This document shows positions 23,801 through 37,402 of a stretch of 64,000 nucleotides of DNA, in pieces. Each line of letters starts with the position of its first letter. Positions within the stretch are counted from its first letter, which is position 1. Made by a program: the position numbers and the translations under genes. The notes below the pieces were generated by a model, which did not search any database, was not told where the DNA came from, and was given only the letters and a program-made list of their open reading frames with translations. This stretch comes from Octopus sinensis (lineage: Eukaryota): positions 80,166,001-80,230,000 of the forward strand of contig NC_042999.1 of the NCBI RefSeq assembly GCF_006345805.1, read 5' to 3'.

Positions 23801-24829
23801 TACAGAATTTTCACCTGTATGTATAAGTGTAACTTATTTTTCTTCATACGATGACAATTTATCGGTTTGCATACGTTTAACTTTACGGCAAAACCCACAA
23901 TGATGCAAAAGCATGAAAATACCGAGGCATATTTTCAGAAATACATTCGTTTATCAGTTGCTAATAACTAATTAATATTTAAAATGTTCTGTTTTAATTC
24001 CATGTTTTCCTAATACTCTCAAGCTTGATGCTTGAAATTACAGTTGATTTATAATACTAGCTTCATCCGACAAAATTATTTTTTCTTTGGTGAATAGGAA
24101 AATAAAAGAAAAATATATATAATTAATGTCTTTGTTATCTAACCTTTTAAATTTCCTATGCAGTGTAATCTAGTCACCATTTGGCTTAAACCATTGTTCA
24201 GCGACAATTGAGCAGGAAAATTGTATTAATAATATTTATTGACTATCCATTTCTATTTCCGGGCACTGTGTATTTAGTACGATGTTTTCCAATTTACTTT
24301 CTTATAAGATAATAGAGTGTTACGTGGAGAGATGTCTTATGTCTTCTTAGAGGTCGAGTGTCTACGGGCCGGCTCCTTCGTTGACTCTTTTCGTTGTCTT
24401 GTACAGCGTAGGGTAGTGAATATAGTATATAACAGAAATATTGTCGAGGTAACGTGCAATGTAATGCAACGAATCATAGTAGCCTGCCAAGAGAAGAGTG
24501 TAGTGTGGTGTAACACAGCAATTTTGTATAATGTATCCAAATATTTTAGATGAAATGTGGAATAGTATGAAATTGTAAAGTGGAGGTATACGAAGTATTA
24601 GTTGTAGTGTTGAATTTTTTTATGTATTAGTCGGAACTTTGAAGTGTATGATATGTTAGTTGCAGTTTGGAATTGTTTTATGTATTAGTAACAGTTTGGC
24701 ATTGTATGATGTGTTAGTTGCAGCTAAGAGGTGTATGATGTGGTGCGTGTAGTCTAGAAGTGAATGACATATACTACTATAGTTTAGTAGAATGCAATAT
24801 TGTAGAGCAGAGTGTATTTATAGTTGTTT

Positions 24830-25015
24830 TTTAGAACCAAGTCGACCCAGATCGAATGGACATAAGATAAAAGACTTTTCACTCATGACAATAGCGCGGG
24901 GGTATCTAGGATTACATTACTTTCTATTTTAATATGATAGAGCGTAATTTGAGACAGATTAGGCTGCTATTTCTAGCAGGTCGTACAGCAGCGTAGAGAT
25001 TTCTTTGTTGCCTCT
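24830..25015 (+). repeat. Ancient interspersed repeat F
   Basis: ttgagacagattaggctgctatttctagcaggtcg...gtagagatttctttgttg. Confidence 0.55.
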
Positions 25016-25249
25016 TTGAGAGTTACAGAATTTTGTGTTGTGCAATAATGCTTCAAGTGGTGTCGATATTTGTAGACTGTGAACTAATATATCAGTGGAT
25101 GCTTCAATGTCACGATTTGTTTCTATAGTTCAATATTTCAATATAAGCTGTTTGGTTTGATCATTTTGTACGAATTTGATCTTTTTGGCGGCGCTGCATG
25201 AAGTTTAAAACATCGATTGGCTGCTGTGGAATAGTTCCAATGTCTTTAT

Positions 25250-25965
25250 ATTTCAAATAGATATCTTATAGGTGTCAAAGCGACAGCACATCTTCCTGTT
25301 TCCGTATTAATTGTATTATTTTCTTTCAAACAAGTTTTAATTCTCCATTCTGACATCACGTGAATACTGGAAAGTTGATAAAGTATTGTGTCGAAAGTTG
25401 TATAACGTATCGATCCTTTCAACAGATAGTTCCACAACTTATTTTCTGGTTGTATTAAACAAAACCTGCATTCGAAAATTTTTGTCACCTTCCTCTTTCG
25501 AGGTTTCAACAATGGATCAGCTAAGCACCAAAATGGAATGCTGTTCCTATATCTTGGAAGTTGATACTGATATTCCTCACTTAAATATACTAGGCTTTAT
25601 CTAAAAGAAAACTCTCCAGCTGATTGGTTAAAAACTTACCGACATACTACAACCTCTTGCACACGCGTGGTTTCTCCTAAACTTCCCTATTCTATTAGTA
25701 CTACAATGTCATGGTTTTCTCAGAAGTAGCTAATTGCATACCAACTGCACCCAGACACAATCGTACATCCAACAGAATCAACGCTCCTTACGTTACTCTT
25801 TTTGTATCTTACCAGCTTCCAGCCAGAGCCTGCAGAAACCGTTATACTGAATCCTACTTACCCAGTATGTTATTCCACTATAAGTCCCTTTCTGCCTCCG
25901 TTTTTCCTGCTGATATCGACTTACAGACGTTCAGATTAAACATTAATTGTATTAATCTCACGAAT
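25250..25965 (+). mobile_element. Decayed CR1/Jockey-group LINE 3' fragment
   Basis: KMECCSYIL (xMEYCSxxW motif), LTDILQPLAH, SLSASVFPADIDLQTFRLNINCINL. Confidence 0.65.
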
Positions 25966-26268
25966 CTGGGAAATCAGCAAAGGTTACAGACACAGTTTTT
26001 CCTTTCCCACTAAATTGCTAAAAAACGCAAAACAACTTTTTTGTTATGGGAATCTACCAATTTATTTCTGACAAGGTACGCAATCTGGAATATCACCAGA
26101 CAGTTTTGCATAAATTTGATCTGTTGCTTTTTTCTCTTAAATTTATGTTTGTTTTCGCTGAGTAGTTTCACATTAAACTGTACTGAACGAACCTATGATT
26201 ATATGAATGCCAGATATGATCCTTTCATCTGTTTCTTTCCATCCATACTATGTTTATTATTTTTCTAT

Positions 26269-26573
26269 GCGCCCTTTTCAAGCCTAGCCAGGCTCATGGG
26301 CCCGATTTCCCGCTATCTATGGCGTATGTGTTCCCTCCCAGCTGGACGGGACGCCAGTCCATCGCAACGTTACTCAAGAAACAGGAAAAAAAGAGTGAGA
26401 GAAAGTTCGGGCGAAAGAGTACAACAGGGGTCACCACCATCCTCTGCCGGAGACTCGTAGAGCTTTAGGTATTTTCGCTCAATAAACACACACAACGATC
26501 GGTCTGGGAAGCGAAACCACGATCCTCCGACCGCGTATCCGCTGCCCTAACCACTGGGCCATTGTTCCTCCAC
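26269..26573 (-). mobile_element. tRNA-derived SINE, head H2 + tail T2
   Basis: Head same as 45232-45430; tail same as 26585-26690. Confidence 0.85.
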
Positions 26574-26584
26574 AAAAAAGTGAA

Positions 26585-26833
26585 TGCGCCCTTTTAAAGC
26601 CTTGCTAGGCTCATGGGCCTGTTTTCCCGGTTTCAATTGCGTATGTGTTCCCCAGCTGGACGAGACGCCAGTCAATCGCAGCGTTACTCATTTTTGCCAG
26701 CCAAGTGAGCTAGAGCAACGTGAAAATGAAGTGTTTTGCTCAAGAACACAATGCGTCGCCCGATCCAGGAATCGAAACCACAATCTTACGACCATGATGC
26801 TGACACCCTAACCATTAACCCACGCGCCTCCAC
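26585..26833 (-). mobile_element. tRNA-derived SINE, head H1 + tail T2
   Basis: Head same as 8299-8440; V-domain-like tail gctgcgattgactggcgtctcgtccagctgg. Confidence 0.85.
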
Positions 26834-27004
26834 CATACTATGTTTAGGACTACCTTATCCGATGTATCAGTTGTTTGCTTTTTGTACTAGCGTTTGAACA
26901 ATTTGACTGTAATTTTTAGTAAACTGAGTAACAATGTTGAGGTTTCTCATTTGGATAATTGTTAATTTCATTGTTGCTGCTATTTATACAACTGTTTCTG
27001 TTAA

Positions 27005-27370
27005 TTAACTCAAGTGAAACCCTTATCAAGTAAACCTGTGATCAAGAATGTTTTAACTGTGATCTCATTTTTGTTTTTCAAATAGAATATATCTACGTAC
27101 TCACTAGCCACTGTGCTAATGTGATACATAGTTTAAAAAATGACAGAGTGTCATATGAGGAAAAATTGCCTGCTATTTCTAGTAGATTGACTGTATACAC
27201 ACTTCCCTAATTGTTGTAATGTTGTTGTTGTTCAAAGGTATTGAAGCTGTGATCATACGTCGTTCATAAGGTATAGAGCTATATTTTTCTTAACTTTTTA
27301 GGGCAGTGAGTTCAAGTAACTATGACTGCTATTTCTAGCCGTTCGAGTAATCGCATAATATGTCTCGATG
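27005..27370 (+). repeat. Two decayed copies of ancient repeat F
   Basis: ctgctatttctag motif at about 27170 and 27325. Confidence 0.45.
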
Positions 27371-27660
27371 TAACTGTATGCTCTAAAGACTCTAAATACT
27401 TCCATATTAAGTATGTCTGATTTTCACTCTTTATAGAATTTCGAATGTTTGGTGCGCACCTGTAGTTGGAGCTTTACTTATTACCGACGTGAATGTCTAG
27501 ACATCTTAACTGAAGGCTTTAAAAAGCTCGTACATAATATATGGGTATATCATCTATTCAGCATGAAAATGGTGCAACTGCGTAATAAAATAGAAATTCT
27601 AAGAAGAAAGGTGAGATGAGAGAAAATAAAAATTTATCGGCCAATTCAGTAAGTCAGAAG

Positions 27661-27664
27661 ATAT

Positions 27665-27709
<45 letters not shown>

Positions 27710-27737
27710 CACCACCACCACCACCACCACCACCACC

Positions 27738-27805
<68 letters not shown>

Positions 27806-27832
27806 CACTACCACCGCCACCGCCACTGCCAC
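27661..27832. repeat. (TAC)n/(CAC)n microsatellite
   Basis: Direct inspection. Confidence 0.95.
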
Positions 27833-28025
27833 CTGATGGATTTACTCATACATATGGACCATAAACACTTATTTTAAAAGACTGTTAGGAATCTTCACGC
27901 TAATTCACGCTACATAAAAAAAATCCAGATAAATTTTCAAGCGGTGTCAACATAGGCAGATATAATGGCAGTTTCAAAGCACTGAGTTATCAACACTCTA
28001 TCCTGATCTGCGTCCCATGACATCT

Positions 28026-28244
28026 ACTCTTTTACCCTTTTACTCTTTTACTTGTTTCAGTCATTTGAATGTGGCTATGCTGAAGCACCGCCTTTTAGTC
28101 GAGCCAATCGACACCAGGACTTATTCTTTATAAGCCTAGTACTTATTCTATCGGTCTCTTTTGCGGAACCGCTAAGTTACGGGGACGTAAACACACCAGC
28201 ATCGGTTGTCAAGCGATGCTGGGGGGACAAACACAGACACACAA

Positions 28245-28283
<39 letters not shown>

Positions 28284-28446
28284 CGACGGGCTTCTTTCAG
28301 TTTCCGCCTACCAAATCCACTCACAAGGCTTTGGTCGGCCCGAGGCTATAGTATAAGACACTTGTCCAAAGTGCCACGCAGTGGGACTGAACCCAGCACC
28401 ATGTGGTTGGTAATCAAGCTACTTACCGCACAGCCACTCCTGCGCC
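28026..28446 (-). mobile_element. SINE family B, full length, young
   Basis: Close to family consensus over its whole length. Confidence 0.92.
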
Positions 28447-28629
28447 TACTGTTTACGCTTTTTCATTATCAACGGAAGAATGCTACGAAAAGAATATCAA
28501 TTGCTTTCTCTGTGACTAGGGTGTCTCTGCAGCTCGACAGTGCAGCTCTGTACGAGATCAGTAACATTTTGCAGCTTCCATTCAGTGTCTTCATAGTAAA
28601 ATTTAAGGTAAAACGAGTCAGTGAAGCCT

Positions 28630-29722
28630 TGTAACGTAGATTCTCCAAGGATCAGAATGCATTATCAGATAGGATCAAGGTGACAAAAAGAAGGAAATGG
28701 AAGGCTGAAAAAGCAGTGCAAATGGCAAAATCTCGAGGCAAAAAAGAACTGGTGGGCATCTTGACAACTGTCAGAACCGGGTTGAAATACTTGTCAAAGA
28801 CCCATGTTGGCTAGATCTAGGGTAAAAAGAGAAATAATCTCATTCACAAGTGGTCCACGTAGGCGTAGAGGAAGAGATAGGGATCAGAGACATAGGGCTC
28901 AAATTGCAGGGAACGTGTTTAGCAACGCAGACTTACTTGATCAGATATGCAAGTAAACCTCTATTATATATGATTCTTTGTCCAGGTTGTTTATGATTCC
29001 CTGTAAAGTTCTGCTGACTTTGACATCTGGAGCAAGAATGCATCACTATCTTGTCCGTTTGCTTTGAAAGAAAATTCTTAAAACATCTCACTAGCTGTCC
29101 CAAAGCCACTAGAAAAGGTAGCTCTCGTTGGTACCATGATCAAGTTCCGAGGCGGTTGCTAAGAGCTAGTCACTGCCATCAACTTGAAAGAAGTGAATTA
29201 AATTTGTAAAAAGTGAGATAGAAATTATAAAAAACAGGCGGGTCTTCTGTGCATTACATCTAACTGGCAAATGCATGTTTGTCGTGACAGACAGCTGAAA
29301 TTTCCACAGTACACAGTGCCAACATCACTACGGCCAGACATAAGTTTTATTCCTGAAGGAAAAGCAAACGAACAAAAAATCAAGTGTTGATCCTGAAACA
29401 GGTGCTCTGAGAAGAACTTGTTAACGAAGACTCAAAGGAATCGTCCTAAATACTAAGAACTTGTGGCTTAATGCTTGAACAGAGGTTAGAAAATATATTA
29501 AAAGCCTATAGTGGTGGAGTATAAAGCTTTGCAGGAGTACTGGCTCTACAAAGTTATCAACCGATTAGGCTTTACAGGGGTGGCATAGTTGAAGGCCATT
29601 AAGTCTGCAAACGGAACCGCAGAGAAAGTCAACTTGAGGGTTTGGATTTAGAGGGATGGGCTACGAACTGCTGCTGGCAGGGTGCAAATCGGAAGCTAAT
29701 CAATCCCAGCTGGGCACCTGTT
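28630..29722 (+). mobile_element. Decayed Hero-clade (RLE-type) non-LTR retrotransposon, 3' part
   Basis: RRKWKAEKAVQMAKSR, VQVVYDSL...SCP, RWYHDQV, LKFPQYTVPTSLRPDI, KAIKSANGTAEKVNLRVWI follow the Hero C-terminal knuckle/RLE order. Confidence 0.75.
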
Positions 29723-30439
29723 TAATGTAGGAGGGAGAATTGTCATTAAAGCGTTAGATAGAATGTTTTACAATCTATGTTCCATCTCCTACGTTTCAGG
29801 TTCAAATCTTACCGAGGTCAACTTTGTCCTTCATGACACTGAGGTTGCTAAATAATGTATTAATCTCCTAGTCAGTACTGAGGATATGGAGAGGAACTGC
29901 TTCCAGGATTCGATGCCGAAGACATATGTTATGACATCGGTCCCATGACTCCGTTAGGCGCAGTGGGATGTAGGTAATACGCATGCCCCCACCCCACATA
30001 TATATATGTGTGTCGGTATGAGTATATGAGTACGCGTGTTTACATGAACAAAATCGTAGTAATTAATACGTATAATGTCAAATGCCTTTAATAGTATCAT
30101 ACCCTGGAATGCTGGGTAATCGCAAGAATGTACACTCAACCCCTGACACGAACATCAGTAACATATATAAATTATATTTTTCGTACGTTTTTGATATTGC
30201 ATTATATATCAATTAGAAATATGACTCAGAAGTGCTAATTTAAATAAATTAAAATTAGTAAATAAGTTGATAAGATAAAATTATGAGAGTAACTTTGAGT
30301 TTGTTATACTTTATGGTGAGTTACCGGCAAGCTAACAAAAGTGATAGTGACAGTGCGTCTTATATTGGTGTAATATTTTCCTGGCATATTGTAAAGTTTT
30401 GATCCAATTAATCAGAAAGTAGCGTAATGTTCCAATGTG

Positions 30440-30740
30440 TCAGTAGACATTTGTCAATATGGTGACAGTTTTTGAGAATCTCTGATCTGACGTTTTAATA
30501 GTATGTGGATTATTAAAGTTGTTTTCTATAAGACTCTTTTCAGCAATGCATAATTCATGACTTTTTGTACTATTTCTGTATGGTCTGTATCTCTTGAATA
30601 GATTTGTTGCATTCTTCTTTTCAATATACTTGAAAGAAGTATGATTGAAGTGACGTTTAAATATATTCATTTTTACTCTATCTACATAATGTCTGCGTAC
30701 AATATTTTGCTTTGGTTGGAGCAGTGACTTCAACATTGCA
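30440..30740 (-). mobile_element. Penelope-like GIY-YIG C-terminal remnant
   Basis: FKRHFNHTSFKYIEKKNATNL...RPYRNSTKSHELCIAEKSLI resembles the PLE pattern FK.R..NH..SF....K.NAT.L...PY.N....C.LC..EK..I. Confidence 0.55.
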
Positions 30741-31444
30741 TGGTCGATTAAGAGTAGCTTTCGTTTATATTACTGGATATGCAGTTAGCCTCCGTTAACT
30801 GAGTTCATTTGCTTTTTATTAAGTTTTCTTACTCTTGTTTTAGGCATAGCTTACTTGAAAGTTATGTGTATTAAATAATTTTCTCTGTTATGCATTAAGG
30901 AGGGAACGTTTATTTATAAATAACTGACAGTTTTTGCAATGTGGTTCTTGCCATTTAAGCCATTCCTGGATGTATCAGATAATTATTCTGCGGTATCTCT
31001 TCTTACTATCAGATGGCACGCATGATTATAGGAATTTCGTTATATGATGTCTGAATCTCTTAGCTAGCTACTACTACAGCGTAAAGATACGCAAATACTT
31101 CCAAGATGGTCCCACTAAGGGTTTTGGACCAAGACCTGTTTAAATCCAACATCCCAAATATGATACTCAACTTAAATTTCCTTAAGATTCAAATACATTT
31201 CAAAGTGAACTTGACTTTAATATGATGAAAGTTAAGAAATAAAACAAAACAAAAAAAACACAACAAAAATTCATATTCTGATATAAAAATAAAACACTTT
31301 ATGAAGTAAAAATTAGTACCTGAAACAAATCCCTAAATAAAGATATCCTAAACTATAAAATCGTAGCGTAAACAATAGGCGAAAAATATGTCACAAAATT
31401 AAGTTAGATTATTTTATTTTAAAAAATTTTTTTTATTTTTATTT

Positions 31445-31725
31445 CATCTAGTTTCAGCTCACGAGCTGTGGCCATGCTGGGGCACCGCCATTTGGTGTTG
31501 CTACATAATTTTACTTCACGAATGCTTTTTAGCAATCGACATCTGGTGCATGGAAGAGTTTGATGCAGCTGCCCTCATCTGCACCTCCTGCTGCGAAGTT
31601 GGTTCATCTGGGACACCTGACAGGAAGAGGTTCAGCTTTATTTTGAAGACACCTACATCCACCCCATGCAGGTCTCTCAGGTCCTTCGGGGGGATATTGA
31701 AGAGCAACTATATGTTAAAATATTT
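31445..31725 (-). mobile_element. CR1-type LINE 3' end
   Basis: LFNIPPKDLRDLHGVDVGVFKIKLNLFLSGVPDEPTSQQE; tail ggcggtgccccagcatggccacagctcgtgagctgaaactag. Confidence 0.85.
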
Positions 31726-32769
31726 ACACAAATGTACAGTGTACATTCTATGTGTTATTTAGTCACATCAAATAGCTTGTCACCATTACATTGACCGAGA
31801 CACTTTCTAAAAAATATAGTAAAGACTTGCTAGCGTGCATGATAACTCTAATTTCAAAATCGCCAATAGGGGTAAAATTCTAATCTAATCAATTAGTAAA
31901 ATTACACTATGTCAAACTGTGTAAACTTTCGATTCATTTACTGTCTATGTTTTAAAAAAATCAATGGAATACTGTGAAGCTATTTTCAATAATTATAAAT
32001 TCGTGGCTAGATTAATTATTTGCAATAGTCGCGTTGTAAAATATATTTAGTATATTTACTAAGTAGATATATTTTGTTCTATGCAGGGTTAATTAACCTA
32101 TACTTGTAGTAAACTTGTAGACAATCATTATAATCTTGAAATGTAATTTGGCATTTATGATGCAAAACGTTCGGCTCTATGACCTGTTTTAAACTTGATG
32201 GCTCATGTGAGGATACTTATTTTCTGTACGTAACTGTAATGTTGCTTGAAAGAAGGTGAGACTATATAAGTATTTTCCTCTCATAAATGTATTGTTTGTT
32301 AGAATGAAGAAGTAGTTTTCGAATTACCAAGTGCTGTTTTATCTTTCTTTCACCGCTCTTGAAAGGTGTTTATGTGAGAATAAATCTTGCCTTTCTTATC
32401 TCAAATAAAACGTACTCAAAATCCTTCAGTAATTTGTTACTCGGAGGGTGTGTGGAATTTTGTGTCTTAAAGCCATATGTTTAGTCATTAGAAACATCAG
32501 ATGGGTTGTCGAAGAATTATGATTCTATCGCATTTTCCTTATCTAGCTTCCCGTTTGCTTTCCATTAAAATGCTTTAAATATGCATTTCCAGAACCATAG
32601 AAATGTTCAGTCTGACTGGTAGTACAATGTTATTTAAGATTTTGTATGTACAGCTCTCGAAAATTAAGAGGCATACCTGTATACATGCACGCATGTATAT
32701 CGGTATATCTGTTCACATACATTCACTTATATATATATATATGTATGTATGTGTGTGTGTGTGTGTGTG

Positions 32770-33050
32770 TGTGAGTAACATATAGTATAATTATAAACAG
32801 GGCAAATTTTAACCATTTCTCCACAGACTGAAAAATAAATGAAGAACAACCTTAATCGATTTTCGAACCTTATTGGGTTCTCATCAGTGGCGTCTACATC
32901 ATTCTGATAGTCTCCAGAGAAACAAGCAGCCAAACTGTTTATATACTCAACAAATGCAGCAGCTATGAAGGGGTCCCTAATTTGCATACCGAAAGTGTTT
33001 CATACTCTATAAATACCAGCGGCCTGTTAATGGGGTCTCAAAATAGTAGC
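32770..33050 (-). mobile_element. Probable Penelope-like terminal-repeat remnant
   Basis: Hammerhead motif followed by a short T-rich tail ending at (CA)n/(TA)n. Confidence 0.5.
32847..32892 (-). ncRNA. Minimal type I hammerhead ribozyme motif
   Basis: CTGATGA-gaacc/caataa/ggttc-GAAA-atcgat (palindrome)-TA; weak stem I. Confidence 0.7.
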
Positions 33051-34044
33051 TGTAATTAATAATATACACCACACAATCTTGAACAATTAACTCCCCGAAA
33101 GTTTGCCATAGATGTACTAGTAATAATAAGACTCTTGCTTCTGACATTATCAGAAATTAAACTACTTTTTTTCGTTCTATCATTTAATCAACATCAATTC
33201 AATCGACCCAATATCTTTTCATACTCACTTGAAGGTAAATGTCTTAGTAAGAAAAGGTATATTGTACTAATTTGAATTTGATATTTCTCAGTAAAAAAGA
33301 TCATTTAGTCTTAAGAGAACGTGGCTTTGAAACTAAATACACGCACAAGGCATAACTTTTTCGTAACCAGGAAAGAAAAATGCATAAACTCTTTCTTACA
33401 TCATGTTCGAAGAATGAAAAGCAAATGCATTACTAAATTTAAGATAATGTAGTGAAAGTTTCAATTTGTCTGACCATATTCCTGAAGAAATAGGTCATGA
33501 TGGTTGAGTTCCTGTTGAAACATTTCCAGAGTGGCAACTCTTCTCAACTTGCAAAATTCTTGAAATTAACCAATTTAAAATGATTTCAGCTTCTACGGAA
33601 ATTTATTCTCTTTACAAGACGAAAAATGTAATTATATCGTGCAATTTCTTTGAATCTTAATTTTTTAATTTTTTTAAGTCTTCTAATTCCAGTGAATATA
33701 CTATGAATATTTTAAGTTCTCAAGTGATATTTCGTGTCATTTAGTCTCTGATTAACTTTTATTAAAATATATTTTAAAAGAAAACTGAAAACTGTTTGTG
33801 TGCTGACAACTATTTTTCATAATTATAAAAATAACTCAAATTTCCCTGTTAAAGATTCTCAGTCATTTAGCTCTATAGCGATCATCAGCTTCTCCCTTTC
33901 AACTGTTGATATTTATACATATATGTTGCATAAAATAAGTTTGCTGATTGGTTTTATACATAAACATGATGAGTCGATATATTTCAGTGCTGGTAAAATA
34001 ATACTGATACAGTGTATTATTTCATACATTATAAAATAAGCTCT

Positions 34045-34275
34045 GTCTCTGGGACCTTGGATACCAAGAGGTGAAGTTGTTTCTTAAAAACATGTACCCC
34101 TACTCCATGAACATCCCCCAGATGTTCTGGCAACGCATTTAGCTGTGGGCCCTTGAAACCCAAGCTATTGCAGTACATGGTTCTCACTCTAACTGGGACA
34201 TTTGCAACGGGGTCTGCTATAGCTCTCGATTCCAATGTCTGGTGCCAACTCCTCCAGTATCTTCTACACCTATAT
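34045..34275 (-). mobile_element. CR1-type LINE fragment
   Basis: KILEELAPDIGIES...YCNSLGFKGPQLNALPEHLGDVHGVGVHVFKKQL. Confidence 0.75.
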
Positions 34276-34321
34276 CACTGCATATCTCTCTCTGTCTCTG
34301 CCTTTCTGTCTGTCTGTCTGG

Positions 34322-34359
<38 letters not shown>

Positions 34360-34371
34360 ATCTCTCTATCA

Positions 34372-34439
<68 letters not shown>

Positions 34440-34475
34440 CTATCTATCTATCTATCTCTATCTATCTATATGTCC

Positions 34476-34690
34476 TTCTAAAATGTCTGAGAGACATGCA
34501 TGGTGTGGATGTAGGTGTCTTCAAAAGAAAACTGGATCTCTTCCTGTCACGGGTTCCAAATGAGCCTACTTCACGGCAGGAAATACAGATGAGGATAGCA
34601 TTAAACTCCCTCATTTACCAAATTCCACATATCAAAGGAGATCTCAAATAAGGGTGTAGCACAGTCAATGGTGGTGCCCCAGTATGACTG
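34476..34690 (+). mobile_element. CR1-type LINE 3' end
   Basis: LRDMHGVDVGVFKRKLDLFLSRVPNEPTSRQE; tail ggtggtgccccagtatgactgcag. Confidence 0.85.
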
Positions 34691-34819
34691 CAGGAGCGGT
34701 TGTGTGGTAAGAAGCTTGCTTCCCAAGAACATGGTTGGGCAAGTGTCTTCTATTATAGCATCGGGCTGACCAAAGCCTTGTGAGTGAATTTGGTAGACGG
34801 AAACTGGAAGAAGCCTGTT

Positions 34820-34915
<96 letters not shown>

Positions 34916-35139
34916 ATGTATGTATTTGTGTGTTTGTATTCCTCCTCCCACCATCGCTTGACAACCGATGTTGGTGTGTTTACGTCCCGGTAACATAGCG
35001 GCTCAGCACAAGAGACTGATAGAATAAGTACTAGGTTTACAAAGAATAAATCCTGGAGTTGATTTGTTCGACTAAAGGCGGTGCTCCTGCATAACCGCAG
35101 TGAAATGACTGACACAAGTAATAGAATACAAAAATAAAA

Positions 35140-35140
<1 letters not shown>
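34690..35140 (+). mobile_element. SINE family B with internal (TATC)n
   Basis: Head, core and 3' half all recognisable. Confidence 0.85.
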
Positions 35141-35220
<80 letters not shown>

Positions 35221-36302
35221 GAGAAAGAGAGATAAACGTATACATATATATATACACACACTCACAGATATACATGCATGCAGGCATACGCACGTTTATT
35301 TGTATGTGTATATAAATGTATTTGAATGTATCGTATATATAAGTAAAAGATACATGTATATGCGTGTGTATATATGATGTGTATGCATGTATGTTTATAT
35401 GTAGATATGTATAAATATATTACTGGGTGTGTATCTGTGTGTAAAGTTTTTAGAAAGATTAATTGAATGCAAAAACGCTTGTAATTGGTAACAATACTCA
35501 CTGCATTGGACACTAATCCCAAGTTTGAAGGAGATTACCTGGAGTAGATAATTGCAATTGGCGAATTCTTAGAAAACTAATTTGGGGATTACCAAAGGAC
35601 GGAGAGAGAAGAGAGAAATGAGTAAATAGGAGATATGAGAGTAAGTTAGGGAGAAGGAGAGAAAGAGATAGAGAGAGAGGAGGAGAAAAAGGAGAGAAAG
35701 GGACACAAAAGAAGGGAGGGAGGGAGGGAGAAACGAAGGGAGGGAAAGAAAGGGTGGAAATGGACAGATAAATAGTGATTTCTTACGTAGGCACAATATC
35801 AGATTTTGAAGATGACAAAGAGAGCAGTGGATTAAATTTATCCCCAATATATTGATGTACTTTTTTATATATATATATATATATATTCATACATGCTGAT
35901 ATATTTATATAAACACACACACTCACACTTACACACGCGCGCGCACACACACACACACATATATCTATCATTATATATAAATACGTGCTTATATGTCTCT
36001 CATATATATAGACGTTTATATATATATTTATATATATATTTATACATACGTATGTATATTTGCATATATACGCACAATACACACATATACACACACACGC
36101 ATACATATCTAGATAGACACATACGCACATTTATGTATATATATATATATATATACGTGTATTTAACTAAATACGTATATGCATATATATAAACATTTAA
36201 ATGCAAGCATACACACACACATATATATATATATACACATATATACATATTTCTCTTTCTGTATATATATTTCCACTCGTGTGGTACCTTACAACTTCAC
36301 TT

Positions 36303-36370
<68 letters not shown>

Positions 36371-36376
<6 letters not shown>

Positions 36377-36563
36377 ATATTTACATTGATACATAGGCGG
36401 AGCTATTGCTGTGTAGTAAGAAGCTTGCTTCTTAACCTCATGGTTCTCCGTTGGTTCAGTTCCACTGCGTGGCACCTTGGGTAAGTATCTTCTACTATAG
36501 CCTCAGGCCGACCAAAACCTTGTGAGTGGATTTGGTAGATGGAAACAGAAAGAAGACCGTTGT

Positions 36564-36645
<82 letters not shown>

Positions 36646-36861
36646 ATATTTACATTGATACATAGGCGGAGCTATTGCTGTGTAGTAAGAAGCTTGCTTC
36701 TTAACCTCATGGTTCTCCGTTGGTTCAGTTCCACTGCGTGGCACCTTGGGTAAGTATCTTCTACTATAGCCTCAGGCCGACCAAAACCTTGTGAGTGGAT
36801 TTGGTAGATGGAAACAGAAAGAAGACCGTTGTATACATACATATATATATATATTATATAT

Positions 36862-36906
<45 letters not shown>
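36371..36906 (+). repeat. Tandem duplication (period 269) of a family B 5' half plus (TA)n
   Basis: The non-microsatellite parts of the units at 36371 and 36640 look identical, including private variants. Confidence 0.9.
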
Positions 36907-36908
<2 letters not shown>

Positions 36909-37402
36909 ACACTGATTGCTGAAGTATAAAGACGTGTTTTTACTCTTCTCCGCGCCGGTCAGCAGCAAGCTTCACAGCTACAAACGAAATTGACCATCAC
37001 ATATATTCCTGTATATTTGAAACCACGCGTTTTCCCAACTCGTGAGTAGACTTTTCTTTAACTACAAATTATGTTCATAAATTTCAAACGACCAAATAAA
37101 CAAAACCACACACTCCTATGAGAGAGTATCTATTTATATATATACACTTCGTCAACACCTTCTGATAACTAAAGGATCACCCACACATTAAAAATTAGAA
37201 AAAGAGGGGAAAAAAGAAAAGAAAGGAAAGATAAAATAACTGCAAGCTCATAATTCAAATACAAATTTCTCAGTATTACATCAAACATTCTGTACAATCT
37301 ATTCTACATACTTCTGAAAAAAAAAAAAAAAAAAATAAATAAATAAAAATAATCAACAAAACAAACGAACAAAATAAAATTTAATAAAACACATCCACCA
37401 GA

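Noticed and set aside
24520-24810. Degenerate tgtag-rich repeats as a CRISPR-like array
   Set aside because: Low-complexity decay without constant repeats and unique spacers; eukaryotic context.
32727-32987. 86 aa protein-like ORF
   Set aside because: It overlaps the hammerhead and runs into a microsatellite; no recognisable domain.
34045-34690. Twin-priming inversion of one CR1 insertion
   Set aside because: The two oppositely oriented pieces overlap in the same coding segment and differ in sequence, so they are independent insertions.
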